Origin: an uncultured Clostridia bacterium
Lineage (GTDB): Bacteria; Bacillota; Clostridia; TANB77; CAG-508
DNA: 64,000 nt
Reading direction: 5' to 3'
NCBI GenBank assembly: GCA_947625685.1
Contig: CANQPK010000004.1
Coordinates: 770 to 64,769, forward strand
Positions 51,420 to 62,824 of this stretch are shown in pieces. The position numbers were made by a program, and so were the translations under genes. The notes below the pieces were generated by a model that made no database searches, was not told the DNA's origin, and saw only the letters and a program-made list of their open reading frames with translations. The first letter of the stretch is position 1, and each line of letters begins with the position of its first letter.

Positions 51420-54244
51420 TTATTCTAAATATTTTTTCAAAAATTGTCCTGTATAGCTTCTATCATTTTTTGTAACCTGCTCTGGAGTACCTACTTGTAC
51501 AACTGTTCCACCATTTTCTCCACCTTCTGGTCCTAGGTCTATAATGTAGTCTGCTGTTTTTATAATATCTAAATTATGTTCTATCACTATTATGCTATTT
51601 CCTGTATCTACTAATCTTTGTAAAATATCTACTAATCTATGAACATCTGCAATATGAAGCCCAGTAGATGGTTCATCTAAAATATATAGTGTCTTTCCAG
51701 TTGCCTTTTTAGAAAGTTCAGTTCCGAAGTTTAACTCTTTGTGCTTCTCCACCTGATAAAGTAGTAGAAGGTTGTCCAAGTTTAATATATCCGAAGTCCT
51801 ACATCTGCAAGAGTTTGGATTTTTTGTTTTATTCTTGGAACATTTGCAAAGAATTCTAGTGCTTCTTCTACAGTCATATCAAGTACATCTGCTATTGTTT
51901 TTCCTTTATATTTAACTTCCAAGGTTTCTTGATTATATCTTTTTCCCTTGCACACTTCACAAGGCACATAAATGTCTGGCAAGAAATGCATTTCTATCCT
52001 ATGAACCCCATCTCCTTGGCAAGCTTCACATCTTCCTCCTGGTACATTAAAGCTAAATCTACCCTTTTGATATCCTCTTATTTTTGCTTCATTTGTTGTT
52101 GCAAATAGTTCTCTTATTATATCAAATACTCCTGTATATGTTGCAGGATTTGAGCGTGGTGTTCTACCTATTGGTGATTGATCTATATTTATAATTTTAT
52201 CTATATTTTCTATTCCTTTTATTTCTTTGCATTTACCTGGTTTCTCATTTGATCTATTTATTTGTTTTGCAACTGTTTTATATAATATATCATTTATCAA
52301 AGTTGATTTTCCTGAGCCTGAGACTCCTGTAACACATGTAAATACACCAAGTGGTATTTTAACATCTATATTTTTTAAGTTATTTTCTTTTGCCCCTAGT
52401 ATTTCTATTGATTTACCATTTGATTTTCTTCTTTTTTTAGGAACTGATATCTTTTTTCTTCCACTTAAATAATTTCCTGTCTCTGAATTTTCTACAAGTT
52501 TTATTTCTTCTGCAGTTCCTTGTGCAATTACATTTCCTCCATGCACACCTGGTCCTGGCCCTATATCTATAATTTGGTCTGCAGCATACATTGTTTCTTC
52601 ATCATGTTCTACAACAAGTACAGAATTTCCTAAATCTCTTAGTTTTTTAAGTGTTGCAATTAGTTTTCCATTATCTCTTTGATGCAAACCTATACTTGGT
52701 TCGTCAAGAATATACAAAACTCCTGTCAAGCTTGAACCTATCTGAGTTGCAAGTCTTATTCTTTGTGCTTCCCCTCCTGATAATGTTCCTGCAGACCTTG
52801 ACAATGTTAAATATTCTAGTCCTACATCTATTAAAAATTGTAATCTTTTATTTAATTCCTTGAAAATTGGGTCTGCTATCATTTTTTCTTTTGGGGTTAA
52901 TTCTAAATTGTTTATAAAATTTAAAATTGCTACAATTGACATATCTGTAAATTCTTTGATATTTTTTCCGCCAACTCTTACAGATAGACTTTCTTTTTTT
53001 AGTCTTGCTCCATTGCAAGTTGGACAATCACTATCAGTCATATATAATTCATAAAAATCACGCATTCCTTGTGATTTAGTTTCATTGTGCCTTCTTTCTA
53101 AAGTTGGTATAACTCCTTCAAATGGTGCTCTAAATCTTCTTATTCCTGCATAAGATTCATATTCAAAATCTATTGCTTCCGTGCCTGTTCCGTATAATAT
53201 CTTATCTAAGAATTCTCTTGGAAGTTTCTTTATTGGTTTTTTTATGTCTACTCCATAATGTCTTCCTATACTTTCAAAGTACATTTTTGCCATTGTTTCG
53301 CCTTTTTTCATTGTGCTTGATCCAAATGCCTTTACTCCATCATATAATGTTTTATCTTTGTCTGGTATTATCAAATCTTCGTCCATTCTCATTAAATATC
53401 CAATACCTGTACAAGTAGGACACGCTCCAAAAGGATTGTTAAATGAAAACATTCTTGGAGATAATTCTCCTATGCTTATTCCACAATCTGGGCATGCTAA
53501 ATTTGAACTATATAGTTTTTCCGTCTTACCATTAATATCAATCAAAACTAAATTTTCTGAATTTTTAAGTGCTGTTTCTACTGATTCCGCAAGTCTATTT
53601 CTTATTCCTTCTTTTATAATTAATCTATCTACTATAAGCTCAATATTATGCTTTTTCTTCCTATCTAAATTTAAATCATCACTAAGTTCTACTGTTTCTC
53701 CGTCAACTCTTGCTCTTACAAATCCTTCTTTTTGGTATTTCTCTAATTGTTTAACGAATTCACCTTTTTTACCGCGAACTATTGGGGCAAGTACCTGTAT
53801 TCTTGTTCCTTCATCTAATTCAAGTATATTGTCAACTATTTGATCTAAAGTTTGCTTTTCTATTTTTTTGCCACAATTTGGGCAATATGCTATACCTATT
53901 CTGGCATATAACAAACGAATATAATCATATATTTCTGTTACGGTTCCAACTGTTGAACGCGGATTTTTTGATGTTGTTTTTTGGTCAATAGAAATTGCAG
54001 GTGAAAGACCTTCGATTGATTCTACATTTGGTTTTTCCATTATTCCTAGAAATTGTCTAGCATAAGAAGAAAGGCTTTCTACATATCTTCTTTGCCCTTC
54101 TGCATATAATGTATCAAATGCTAAAGATGACTTTCCTGAACCAGAAAGTCCTGTTATTACTACTAATTTATCTCTTGGTATTTCTAGATTTATATTCTTT
54201 AAATTATGCTCTTTTGCACCTTTTATAATTATTTTGTCATTCAT
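51420..54244 (-). CDS. uvrA: Excinuclease ABC subunit A (about 940 aa), needs two +1 shifts at CGGA 51790-51793 and 51723-51726
   Basis: [18 protein letters not shown], zinc fingers. The shifts restore [41 protein letters not shown]. Confidence 0.95.
51723..51726 (-). other. CGG(A) +1 recoding site 2 in uvrA
   Basis: AAA CTT CGG AAC TGA ; skipping C gives GGA ACT GAA CTT TCT AAA. Confidence 0.83.
51790..51793 (-). other. CGG(A) +1 recoding site 1 in uvrA
   Basis: GGA CTT CGG ATA TAT TAA ; skipping C gives GGA TAT ATT AAA CTT GGA CAA. Confidence 0.87.
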
Positions 54245-54432
54245 TTTTACCTTTCCCCCATTGCTACATATTATACAATATATTTTTATAAAAAACAAGA
54301 GTTTGCAAGTGAATATATCCTAGTAATAATAGTTTTTACTGTGTTATTGACATAATATTGAAATTTGCCCATATTTATGCTATAATTTAAGTATGGTATA
54401 TTTTGCCAAAATTTTGTAAAGGAGTGTATTAT

Positions 54433-54975
54433 ATGCGAGCAATTGATTGGAAACTGTTCATCTCAGAAGCTAAATCTTACATTGAGTTTCGGGATAAAGT
54501 TGACAGTCTGACAAAACAAAAGGAAGATCTTGCAGCAAACCTTCCATGTATGGAGAGCATCTTTGAACTCTGTACGAAGAAAGAATTCCAGCGCATCTTC
54601 AATCTGTATATGTCTTCTCCTGCTACGATAACTGAGGATAGTTATCTGAAACTCGCAAAGGACATTGAGGAAAAGAAGTCAGAATTTGAGGCTTGTAAAA
54701 AAGCTCTTAAAAATGTAAGCGGACAAATGTCCCATAAGTGCAAGTCTATCCATAATATCCTTTTAAATATAATGGATAACTGTGACAAGGACTATTGCAG
54801 TGAGTTCTATTGTCCTGAAGAATTCGTAACAAAAGAGAACATCCCTGCACTCAAAATTATCATATCTTTTGCAAGGCAGGCTGCTCCTACTATGTATGGA
54901 AAAGGTGGCTTCGCCGATGGAGACAGTGTTATCGGCAATCTGTTTCAGAGGGTCGATAAGCTTGAAAAAAGCTAA
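54433..54975 (+). CDS. Orphan hypothetical protein, atypical codon usage
   Basis: AAGGAG RBS before ATG 54433, own promoter-like boxes and terminator at 54992-55025. Contains an in-frame CGG at 54490. Confidence 0.7.
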   Translation: MRAIDWKLFISEAKSYIEFRDKVDSLTKQKEDLAANLPCMESIFELCTKKEFQRIFNLYMSSPATITEDSYLKLAKDIEEKKSEFEACKKALKNVSGQMSHKCKSIHNILLNIMDNCDKDYCSEFYCPEEFVTKENIPALKIIISFARQAAPTMYGKGGFADGDSVIGNLFQRVDKLEKS

Positions 54976-54991
54976 AAGCATAATGCACACC

Positions 54992-55066
54992 AAAAAGACA
55001 GGAATATTAGTTTCCTGTCTTTTTTATATTCATAAAAAAAGTTAGATGCTAGGCATCTAACTTTTT
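54992..55066. terminator. Two tandem terminator hairpins between convergent genes
   Basis: AAAAAGACAGGAA/TTCCTGTCTTTTT and AAAAAGTTAGATGC/GCATCTAACTTTTT. Confidence 0.75.
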
Positions 55067-55081
55067 CAATAATATTATATA

Positions 55082-55837
55082 TTAATTATTATCTTTATTT
55101 TCTGCTTGTTTTTGTCTTTCATATAGGAAGAACATTATTCCTGCACCAATTACACAAATTATTGTTACATTCCATAAAACATCATTTTCACCTGTTTGTG
55201 GTAATTTTCCTGTTTTAGTTGTGTTATCTTTTTGTGTTGAAGGTGCTTTAGTTTCATTTTTTTGTGTTGGAGTTTTTTCTGGCTCCTTTTCTGGTTCTTT
55301 TGTTGGATCCTTAGTTGCTGGTGGATTTGCTGCAGGTTTTGTAATTGCTACTGTTGCAGTATCTCCATTAAAGTTTGTAGAATCTGATACTGAGCTAACA
55401 CTAACTGTAATATTGGCATTTCCTTCTACATTTGCTTTTGCTTTAAATTTTAATGTTAAGAAATTGCTATTAGCTCCTATTTTCTTTGGAGTTCTGTTTT
55501 CAAACAAAAATCCCATATTGCTTTCTTTGAAACATTGTTCTCCAAGTGATTCTACATCATCCCATCCTTCCTCTGTATTTGATGATATTGAACCTGAAAC
55601 ATATTCTAATTTATCTTTATCATATTCTATTTTTCCTATAATAGTAACTGATGATGAAGATGTTTGAAAATTTGATAAGTTAATTTTAACTGTAAATTCT
55701 TTACCTTGTTCTACTGTTTTATCTGTAGAAAGTGCAAGACTTCCAACTGTTACATCCACTGCTAATACTGTTCCTGAAATACCAATTATTATTAATGCTA
55801 AAATTACAGCGAAAAGTTTTTTTAATCTAAGATTCAT
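55082..55837 (-). CDS. Sortase-anchored single-cohesin protein (LPQTG)
   Basis: Signal peptide, cohesin-like domain (VEQGKEFTVKI, IEYDKDKLEYV, LTLKFKAK), P/K/T linker, LPQTG + TM + charged tail. Confidence 0.78.
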   Translation of the reverse strand: MNLRLKKLFAVILALIIIGISGTVLAVDVTVGSLALSTDKTVEQGKEFTVKINLSNFQTSSSSVTIIGKIEYDKDKLEYVSGSISSNTEEGWDDVESLGEQCFKESNMGFLFENRTPKKIGANSNFLTLKFKAKANVEGNANITVSVSSVSDSTNFNGDTATVAITKPAANPPATKDPTKEPEKEPEKTPTQKNETKAPSTQKDNTTKTGKLPQTGENDVLWNVTIICVIGAGIMFFLYERQKQAENKDNN

Positions 55838-55867
55838 TTTTATACTTCCTTTCTCGAAATCAATACA

Positions 55868-58800
55868 TTAAAGTGCTGATACTATATCTGTTCTCATATT
55901 TTTCATATCGTTTGCATCTTGTTTGCCATCATTGTTATAATCTGCTGCCATCTTAAATGGTCCTTCAAGAGATTCTGATAGTATGCCGATTCTCCAATTT
56001 TTAATATCATTAGCATTCATTAGTCCATCACCTGTCATATCACCTGAAACTACAATTACAGTTTCTGTATATACTGTATCTTGCTTTAGTTCATTTGAAA
56101 TTCTTATCTTCATTCCTGTTCCAATTAATCTGCTTGTATCTGTAATAGCATTTCCATTTGCATCTAGAACTTCAACTTTAACTCCAGGTACTGATTTTTC
56201 AGATATTAAAGCTTGAACTGTAGTTGCTGTTGATGGATGTATATCACAATATCCATTTCCATCTGTATCTGTTGTATCAATGTATCTATCTTCTTCAGGT
56301 TGTTCTACTTGATAACCATGGTCTTCGTCGATATCTTCTTTAACAATCAAAGAAGACATAAGTTTAACATATACCATTGTTGTTCCATCTGATAGATCTT
56401 CTTTTTTAACTTTAAATGTAAGTGTTCCATCATCATTTTGTACTATGCTCAAAAGTGGAACAATTGAACTTCCAACTGCTACACTTTCTACTGTTCTTCC
56501 TGCATTTGGATGAATTTTTAGTTCTATTTCGTCTTTATCAGTCATATCTATTTTGTCTGTTTCAGTATCGTTATATGTTACATATCCACCTTCTGTACTA
56601 GCTAGCATAAGTACTTTTGTTTTTGCTGCTTCAGCTTTTGCTGCTTGCTCTTCTGCTGGTACTTCTACTCCTGCTATTGTAAATGGACTGAAAGAATTTA
56701 CATATAGTATTAATCCTTGTGGAACTACTTCTACTGGAATTGCATTATATCCAGTTATATTTCCTAATTCATCATAAGAATAATGGTATACTTTAAATTC
56801 TCTTCTTCCTTCTATATAATCTTCATAAGTTGTTCCTTCTGGGAATCCAAGTCTTATTCTTACTGAATTTCCTGTATTTACAACTTGTTTTTTGCATAAT
56901 TGCATTCTTATATTATAGCTTTCTGTTGTTGCATTTTTATTTTTTAATTCATTTATGCTATTAACCATATCTAAGCTGTCATCATCTGCAATTGTTGTTG
57001 TAGATAATGTTAATCTATGTGATAATTGATCTAAGTTAGCTCCAGCAAGTTCCTCTGGTAAATTAACTTCTTCACCATTTTCACCTTTTGTCTTCCATCC
57101 TTCTGCTGATATATTTGATGTATCCATCAATTCAGGTTGTGCAAATACGTTGCAGTCAATTCCTTGACCACTTAATGCACAGAAATCACACTTGTTTCCA
57201 ACTGCATAATTTGCTGGCATTGGGGCCTTACCACTCTTGTGACCTACAACACCTTGCCATGTTATATCATAAGCTACTTCATTTGCTGAGAATTGAGCAC
57301 TAGGTGTGAAATCAAATTCAACCCAAGCATTTTCACTAGCACTTCCTAAATGATATTCAACATTGCTTATTTTTGATGAAGCAATTAAATCATTTCTCTT
57401 TGTCTTATTTGGTTTATATACATCAGTAATTGCTATATTTCCTGTTCCTGTTCCAGCAGTTGTTTCAAAATAATCGTCATATTCTATTTTTACTCTATAA
57501 GTACTTTCAAAACCTAATTTTACATTTTGAGGTGGTGTAGCCTTTTTTATGTAAGGTGGTGCTTGATAAACATTTCCTGTATTATTTACAAATGTTTTTG
57601 TTCTTTCTTCTAAAAGAGAAGCATCTCCTTTATAATATAATTCTGAAATTAATGGTATACCTTGATCATCAGTCTTAGGTCCTTTATCAGTAACTGCAAA
57701 TTGAACTAATTCAACTTGTGGTAGTTTGAAATCGATAAAGTTACCATATTGAGTATTTGTTTTTTCTTCAAGAGCTGGATAGAATCTAGGTTCTATATAT
57801 CCCCAAGGTGTATATGTCCAACTATTTTCATCTTCATCAAATGTTGCAAAACGAGCTAACATGTATTTTCCGTTTTCTGCATTATGTGTATAGTCTTTAT
57901 CATCATAGCTTACAAATAGTCTAAATGTATCTTTTAAAACTTCACCTGCTGCATCTCCAGCGTGGTCTCCTTCTTCTACATAATCTGATGTAATTACTGT
58001 TACTTTAAATTTTCCATCATCATATTCTTCTTCGATTTCTTGTAAAGAAGATGTTGCAAGTGTTGGATATTTAAATTCAAACATTGATTGTGAAAAAATT
58101 CCTGATTCGATACGACGATCAAACAATTCAGCTGTTCCTACCATAAAATATTTACGGCTTTGTTTGTCTGGATTTACATCATCATCATGAGTTACATCAA
58201 CTCCGTACCATTTTTCACCAATTTTTACATAATTCCAAGCATGGTTTTCTGTTTGAGTATCTGATACTTTATATCCTCCGCCTGCTACTATGCAAGGGAT
58301 TCCTAATTCGTCTAATAATGCTTTATATGCTCTAGTGTAGCTTTCACAAACACCTTCACCATATTTAAAGCAATCATAAGCTGTTCTAGCATTACTATAT
58401 GGGGTATCTGTATTATAATTGTCTACTTCATACTCAAATTTGTATGTCATCTTATTCATTTCCCAATTATGAGCAGCTTTTGCTAATTCATAATTTTGGC
58501 TATCTTCATTATCTTCATGTTTAGCATCTTGTCTAATTTGTGTTATTGCTTGACTTAGCAATTGTTCATAATCGGCAATTGCCGCATCTACATTATCTTT
58601 ATTAAATCCAGGTAGATAATAATCGTCTCTTTTTCCTCTACCTAAAAATGCGAAAAATTGTCCATTACTATTTCTTGTTACTCTTAAAGAAATAGCTGAC
58701 CAATCAACCCAGAATACCTCTGGATAATCATATTGAAATGCGTCTCTAGCAGCGGTCATATCATATAATAATTGAGTTGTTCCAGTTGCATATTTTAATA

Positions 58801-59071
58801 AATCTGCTTCTTCAACTACGCCATTTTCTACTAGATCATAGTCTAGTCCTCTTTTAAATGCTTCACTTGTATACATTTCTACCATAGCATCATAGAATTT
58901 TCCTGCTTGTTCATTAAGCTGTCTGCCATAGTAATCTTTTGAATATTCTTCTAAGCTTAAATTACTATGTTCGTTAACAGCAATTGAGGCGCTTCCAAAA
59001 CTTAGAAAACTTAATTCTGCTATTAAAAATGTCAACACAAGTAGTAATGATGTGATTTTTTTAACTTTCAT
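55868..59071 (-). CDS. Secreted transglutaminase-like protein with C-terminal dockerin
   Basis: GVCESY..HAWNYV..WYGVDVT (Cys-His-Asp triad), paired GDMTGDGLMNAND / ADYNNDGKQDAND motifs. Confidence 0.82.
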   Translation of the reverse strand: MKVKKITSLLLVLTFLIAELSFLSFGSASIAVNEHSNLSLEEYSKDYYGRQLNEQAGKFYDAMVEMYTSEAFKRGLDYDLVENGVVEEADLLKYATGTTQLLYDMTAARDAFQYDYPEVFWVDWSAISLRVTRNSNGQFFAFLGRGKRDDYYLPGFNKDNVDAAIADYEQLLSQAITQIRQDAKHEDNEDSQNYELAKAAHNWEMNKMTYKFEYEVDNYNTDTPYSNARTAYDCFKYGEGVCESYTRAYKALLDELGIPCIVAGGGYKVSDTQTENHAWNYVKIGEKWYGVDVTHDDDVNPDKQSRKYFMVGTAELFDRRIESGIFSQSMFEFKYPTLATSSLQEIEEEYDDGKFKVTVITSDYVEEGDHAGDAAGEVLKDTFRLFVSYDDKDYTHNAENGKYMLARFATFDEDENSWTYTPWGYIEPRFYPALEEKTNTQYGNFIDFKLPQVELVQFAVTDKGPKTDDQGIPLISELYYKGDASLLEERTKTFVNNTGNVYQAPPYIKKATPPQNVKLGFESTYRVKIEYDDYFETTAGTGTGNIAITDVYKPNKTKRNDLIASSKISNVEYHLGSASENAWVEFDFTPSAQFSANEVAYDITWQGVVGHKSGKAPMPANYAVGNKCDFCALSGQGIDCNVFAQPELMDTSNISAEGWKTKGENGEEVNLPEELAGANLDQLSHRLTLSTTTIADDDSLDMVNSINELKNKNATTESYNIRMQLCKKQVVNTGNSVRIRLGFPEGTTYEDYIEGRREFKVYHYSYDELGNITGYNAIPVEVVPQGLILYVNSFSPFTIAGVEVPAEEQAAKAEAAKTKVLMLASTEGGYVTYNDTETDKIDMTDKDEIELKIHPNAGRTVESVAVGSSIVPLLSIVQNDDGTLTFKVKKEDLSDGTTMVYVKLMSSLIVKEDIDEDHGYQVEQPEEDRYIDTTDTDGNGYCDIHPSTATTVQALISEKSVPGVKVEVLDANGNAITDTSRLIGTGMKIRISNELKQDTVYTETVIVVSGDMTGDGLMNANDIKNWRIGILSESLEGPFKMAADYNNDGKQDANDMKNMRTDIVSAL

Positions 59072-59260
59072 AATCTCTAATCCTTTCATTTTAATATTTT
59101 TACTTTTGATGTATAAATTTTCCGTTTTCTATACAAAATTATACCATATAAAAGCACATTTCGTCAATATTAAATTATGCAATTTTTATGCTATTTGAAT
59201 TATTTTTTTATTATTTATTTTTTAATTAATTTTTTAGATTAATATAGGGTCTTTTATAAT

Positions 59261-59293
59261 AAAAAATCACCCGAACAAGTCGGGTGATTTTTT
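59261..59293 (-). terminator. Terminator after small orphan gene
   Basis: AAAAAATCACCCGA / TCGGGTGATTTTTT. Confidence 0.75.
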
Positions 59294-59297
59294 GGAT

Positions 59298-59489
59298 TTA
59301 CTCAAGGGTTTCAATGACTACCATGTAGCCACCCCTTGGATCAGGAACTCGTTCAGCAGGACCCCACTTGCTTTTGGGGGAGCCAACCATATAGGCATCG
59401 TTGACTGCGATAATCTTTTTCTTTGCTTCTTCCGCAGTATAGCCTACATTACCCATGTGGTTTGAGAACTCGTCTCTGCAATGTGCCAT
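59298..59489 (-). CDS. Small orphan protein (63 aa), higher GC
   Basis: AGGAGG RBS, upstream TTGATT..TATAAT, own terminator. Confidence 0.68.
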   Translation of the reverse strand: MAHCRDEFSNHMGNVGYTAEEAKKKIIAVNDAYMVGSPKSKWGPAERVPDPRGGYMVVIETLE

Positions 59490-59574
59490 TTTAAAAATCC
59501 TCCTAAATAATTTTAAGCGCTTGGCTTATTTTCATAATATAATTATAACACAAAATCTTTATAAAATCAATTTT

Positions 59575-61641
59575 TTATGCTTCTACCTTGTTAAATTCAA
59601 GCTCTACTTTAAATAAATCTCCATCAATTCGTATAACAAATTTTCCTTTTTGAAGCTCTGTCAAACTTTTTGCAATAGAAAGGCCAAGTCCGCTTCCCTC
59701 CGTTGTCCTTGATTTATCTCCTCTAACAAATCTTTGCATAAGTTCTTCTTCGCTTATATTAAGCTTTTCAGCAGATATATTTTTGATAGAAATATTTACT
59801 TTATTTAAATTTGTTTTAACATCTATATATACTCTTGAATTTTTTAAGGCATATTTAGCAATATTGCTAAATGCATTTTCTATGATTCTATACATATATC
59901 TGCTATCTGCTCTAATATATATTTCTTCGTCTGGAAAGCTTGTAATAATTTCTAATTCTTTTTCTTTGAATTTTTCCTCAAATTCTGCTGTGGTCTGATT
60001 TATTAATTCTGCTATTCCTATTTTTTCAAAATTTAATTTTACATTTCCTGATGATGCTTTAGATGCTTCTACCAAATCTTCTGTAAGTCTTTTTAATCTA
60101 TTTGCTTTTCCCTCTAAAATATTTATATATTCTTGTGCCTTTTCATTATCTATATTTTCTTGTTTTAACAAATCTACATAGTTTATAATTGAAGTTAGAG
60201 GAGTTTTTATATCATGTGATACATTAGTTATAAGTTCAGTTTTTAGCCTTTCACTTTTTATTCCTTCTTGTATTGCATTTTCAAATCCATTTGATATATC
60301 ATTAATGTAATTTACTGTATTTTCAAACTCTTTGCAAAAATCTTTCGAATCCAATTTTGTATCTACATTTCCCTCATATATATCTTTTAGTTGTTTTTCA
60401 ATCATTTCAAAAGATTTAATTCTTCGTATAATTTGATATATAACATATAATGTTATACATATATCAATAAAAATTCCAAATAGTATATTGATGTTGAAAA
60501 ATATAGCTATTACCCATACCATTGCAACTATGTAAATACATACAATTAATATTAATTTTACTGCATTACTGAATGAAATTGTAATTTCTACTGAAACCTT
60601 TTTTAATTTTTTAAATATCCTACTTATAAATGTTATTATTTTTCCAATTATTGTGGTTTCCACCATTTTATTTGCTTTTATTCTTTTTATAAATGTTGTT
60701 ATACTTATTGCACAAACTGTATATATTACTAAATATAAACATACAATTGAGCTAAGGTTTAATTTATAATATTCTTGAGAGCTATAATCTCTTATAATAT
60801 AATCTACAATTATAACACTTATATATATAATTACCCATGCTATTGCTAAAATTATTTCCAATGGAATTTTGTCAAAATCGTTTGTTTCTATTTCTTTTTT
60901 TCCTTTTGTGTGACCAACTGCAATTATGAGGTACACAGCTATTGCAAGCGTCAATACAGCACAAATCGGAATCGAAATATACATTATATCTTCATGAGGT
61001 TCAATAAATTTCAGTGCTCCTAATATAAATTGTTCCTCATTTGTTAACTCAATTTCTTTTGAATATGTTGTATAAATTTCATAATCATTAAATCTGGCTG
61101 TTTGATATCCTATAGTTGTTTTTGTGGAAACTGGCTTATCTTCAGTTGTATATTCTACTTCATTATTTGTATTATAATAGCTGTGAGTTAACCAACTTTT
61201 ATAAGTTTCTAAATATTGGTTTAATGGATTAGATTTTATTTTTCCATTTACAGAAATTAACTTTTCACCATTTTGCTCCATGATGTATTGTTTTATTTCT
61301 TCTATTGTTGATTTTGAGAACACATTAGTTATAGCTTTATCTTTGTATATTATCAAAAAATATTCATTTTTTAGAGTTGATTCATAATATTGATCATAGA
61401 ATATTCTAGTTTCATTATTATAATCATCAGGCAATCTTTGTTCATATATCAATTTGTTGGTTAGTGTTTCCAATTTATTCATATAATTTTCAGCAAATTT
61501 TTGCGATTCAAAATATGCATTATCCATCATATAATTATAATCTTGTTTTGCTAAAGTATATACAAATGACATAACTATAATGAAAATAAGTATTGGTAAA
61601 GATATATAGCTTATAATCTTTAAGACTCTATTTTCTTTCAT
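59575..61641 (-). CDS. Membrane sensor histidine kinase
   Basis: ELITNVSHDIKTPLTS H-box, N box, GSGLGL G2 box, multiple TMs. Confidence 0.93.
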   Translation of the reverse strand: MKENRVLKIISYISLPILIFIIVMSFVYTLAKQDYNYMMDNAYFESQKFAENYMNKLETLTNKLIYEQRLPDDYNNETRIFYDQYYESTLKNEYFLIIYKDKAITNVFSKSTIEEIKQYIMEQNGEKLISVNGKIKSNPLNQYLETYKSWLTHSYYNTNNEVEYTTEDKPVSTKTTIGYQTARFNDYEIYTTYSKEIELTNEEQFILGALKFIEPHEDIMYISIPICAVLTLAIAVYLIIAVGHTKGKKEIETNDFDKIPLEIILAIAWVIIYISVIIVDYIIRDYSSQEYYKLNLSSIVCLYLVIYTVCAISITTFIKRIKANKMVETTIIGKIITFISRIFKKLKKVSVEITISFSNAVKLILIVCIYIVAMVWVIAIFFNINILFGIFIDICITLYVIYQIIRRIKSFEMIEKQLKDIYEGNVDTKLDSKDFCKEFENTVNYINDISNGFENAIQEGIKSERLKTELITNVSHDIKTPLTSIINYVDLLKQENIDNEKAQEYINILEGKANRLKRLTEDLVEASKASSGNVKLNFEKIGIAELINQTTAEFEEKFKEKELEIITSFPDEEIYIRADSRYMYRIIENAFSNIAKYALKNSRVYIDVKTNLNKVNISIKNISAEKLNISEEELMQRFVRGDKSRTTEGSGLGLSIAKSLTELQKGKFVIRIDGDLFKVELEFNKVEA

Positions 61642-61659
61642 TTACATCCTCTTTCCTTT

Positions 61660-62355
61660 CTAAAGTTTTTCAACTTTATATCCAATTCCCCAAATAACTT
61701 TCAAATATCTTGGCTCTTTTGGATTTATTTCTATTTTTTCTCTTATGTGTCTTATATGTACAGCTATTATATTTTCTGCACCATATGCTTCATCTTCCCA
61801 TACATTTTCATATATTTGTTCTATTGAATATACCATTCCTTTGTTTTTTGTTAAAAATTTTAGTATGTTATATTCTGTTGGTGTAAGTTTTACATCTTTT
61901 CCTTCAACCGTTACTTTTTTTAAATCATCATTTATTACAAGTTCTCCTGATGTATATATATTTTTATTTTCTTCATTAACTATTGTTCCAAGTTTTGTAT
62001 ATCTTCTTATGCAGGAATTAACTCTTGCAATTAGCTCTAATGGATTAAATGGTTTTGTTACATAATCATCAGCTCCTAAATTTAATCCCTTTATTTTATC
62101 TTCATCTTCTGATTTTGCAGATAGCATTATTACTGGAATTGACTTTTCTTTTCTTATCTCTTCAATAGTTTCTATTCCGTCTTTTTTAGGCATCATTATA
62201 TCTAATATAATAAGATGTATTGTATTTTCTTTTAATATTCTTAAACATTCTTCTCCATCATAAGCTTTTAAAACATTATAATTTTCTCTTACTAAATATA
62301 TTTCTATTGCTTTCACTATTTCTTTATCATCATCACAAACCAAAATATTGTACAT
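61660..62355 (-). CDS. OmpR-family response regulator
   Basis: ILVCDDD, LDIMMP, KPF, VHIRHIREK, VIWGIGY. Confidence 0.95.
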   Translation of the reverse strand: MYNILVCDDDKEIVKAIEIYLVRENYNVLKAYDGEECLRILKENTIHLIILDIMMPKKDGIETIEEIRKEKSIPVIMLSAKSEDEDKIKGLNLGADDYVTKPFNPLELIARVNSCIRRYTKLGTIVNEENKNIYTSGELVINDDLKKVTVEGKDVKLTPTEYNILKFLTKNKGMVYSIEQIYENVWEDEAYGAENIIAVHIRHIREKIEINPKEPRYLKVIWGIGYKVEKL

Positions 62356-62647
62356 AATCTTTCTCCTTTATTAAGGTGCAAGCTAAATATTAGATATTAC
62401 TAGTTTATTCTTTTACTATATTATATCAAATAATTTATTAAGAAAAAATAGATAGTTTATTAATTTTTTCTTAAGTTATTAATATATAATTTAAAATTTA
62501 TATATTAATAGGTTTCATAAAATCTAAAAGAGAGAATAATTTTCATTTCCACAGTTTAAATAATTCTTGTAATTTGATTTTATGTAAAATTTATGGTATA
62601 ATTATATTATATCCTAAATAGAAAATTTTTTGTAGGAGGTTATTGTA

Positions 62648-62824
62648 ATGGCATCTTTTGAGAAAAAACTTCGTAGCACTTACCCCGGCGAAGACATGGC
62701 AGATATCCTTCGCAACAGGCAGGAAGAGGTCATGGTTATGGCAACTGAATCGTGGGACTATATCATTCAGTTGTGCTGGTTCGTCAAAGTTTATGGCATC
62801 ACTCCTCAGCTTGGGCTCATCTAA
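62648..62824 (+). CDS. Small orphan protein (58 aa), not in ORF track
   Basis: AGGAGG RBS, MASFEKKLRSTYPGEDMADILRNRQEEVMVMATESWDYIIQLCWFVKVYGITPQLGLI. Confidence 0.62.
   Translation: MASFEKKLRSTYPGEDMADILRNRQEEVMVMATESWDYIIQLCWFVKVYGITPQLGLI

Noticed and set aside
635-62065. Numerous + strand ORFs of 60-200 aa antisense to real genes
   Set aside because: Shadow ORFs rich in F/L/S/I from AT-rich reverse complements, with no RBS or family motifs.
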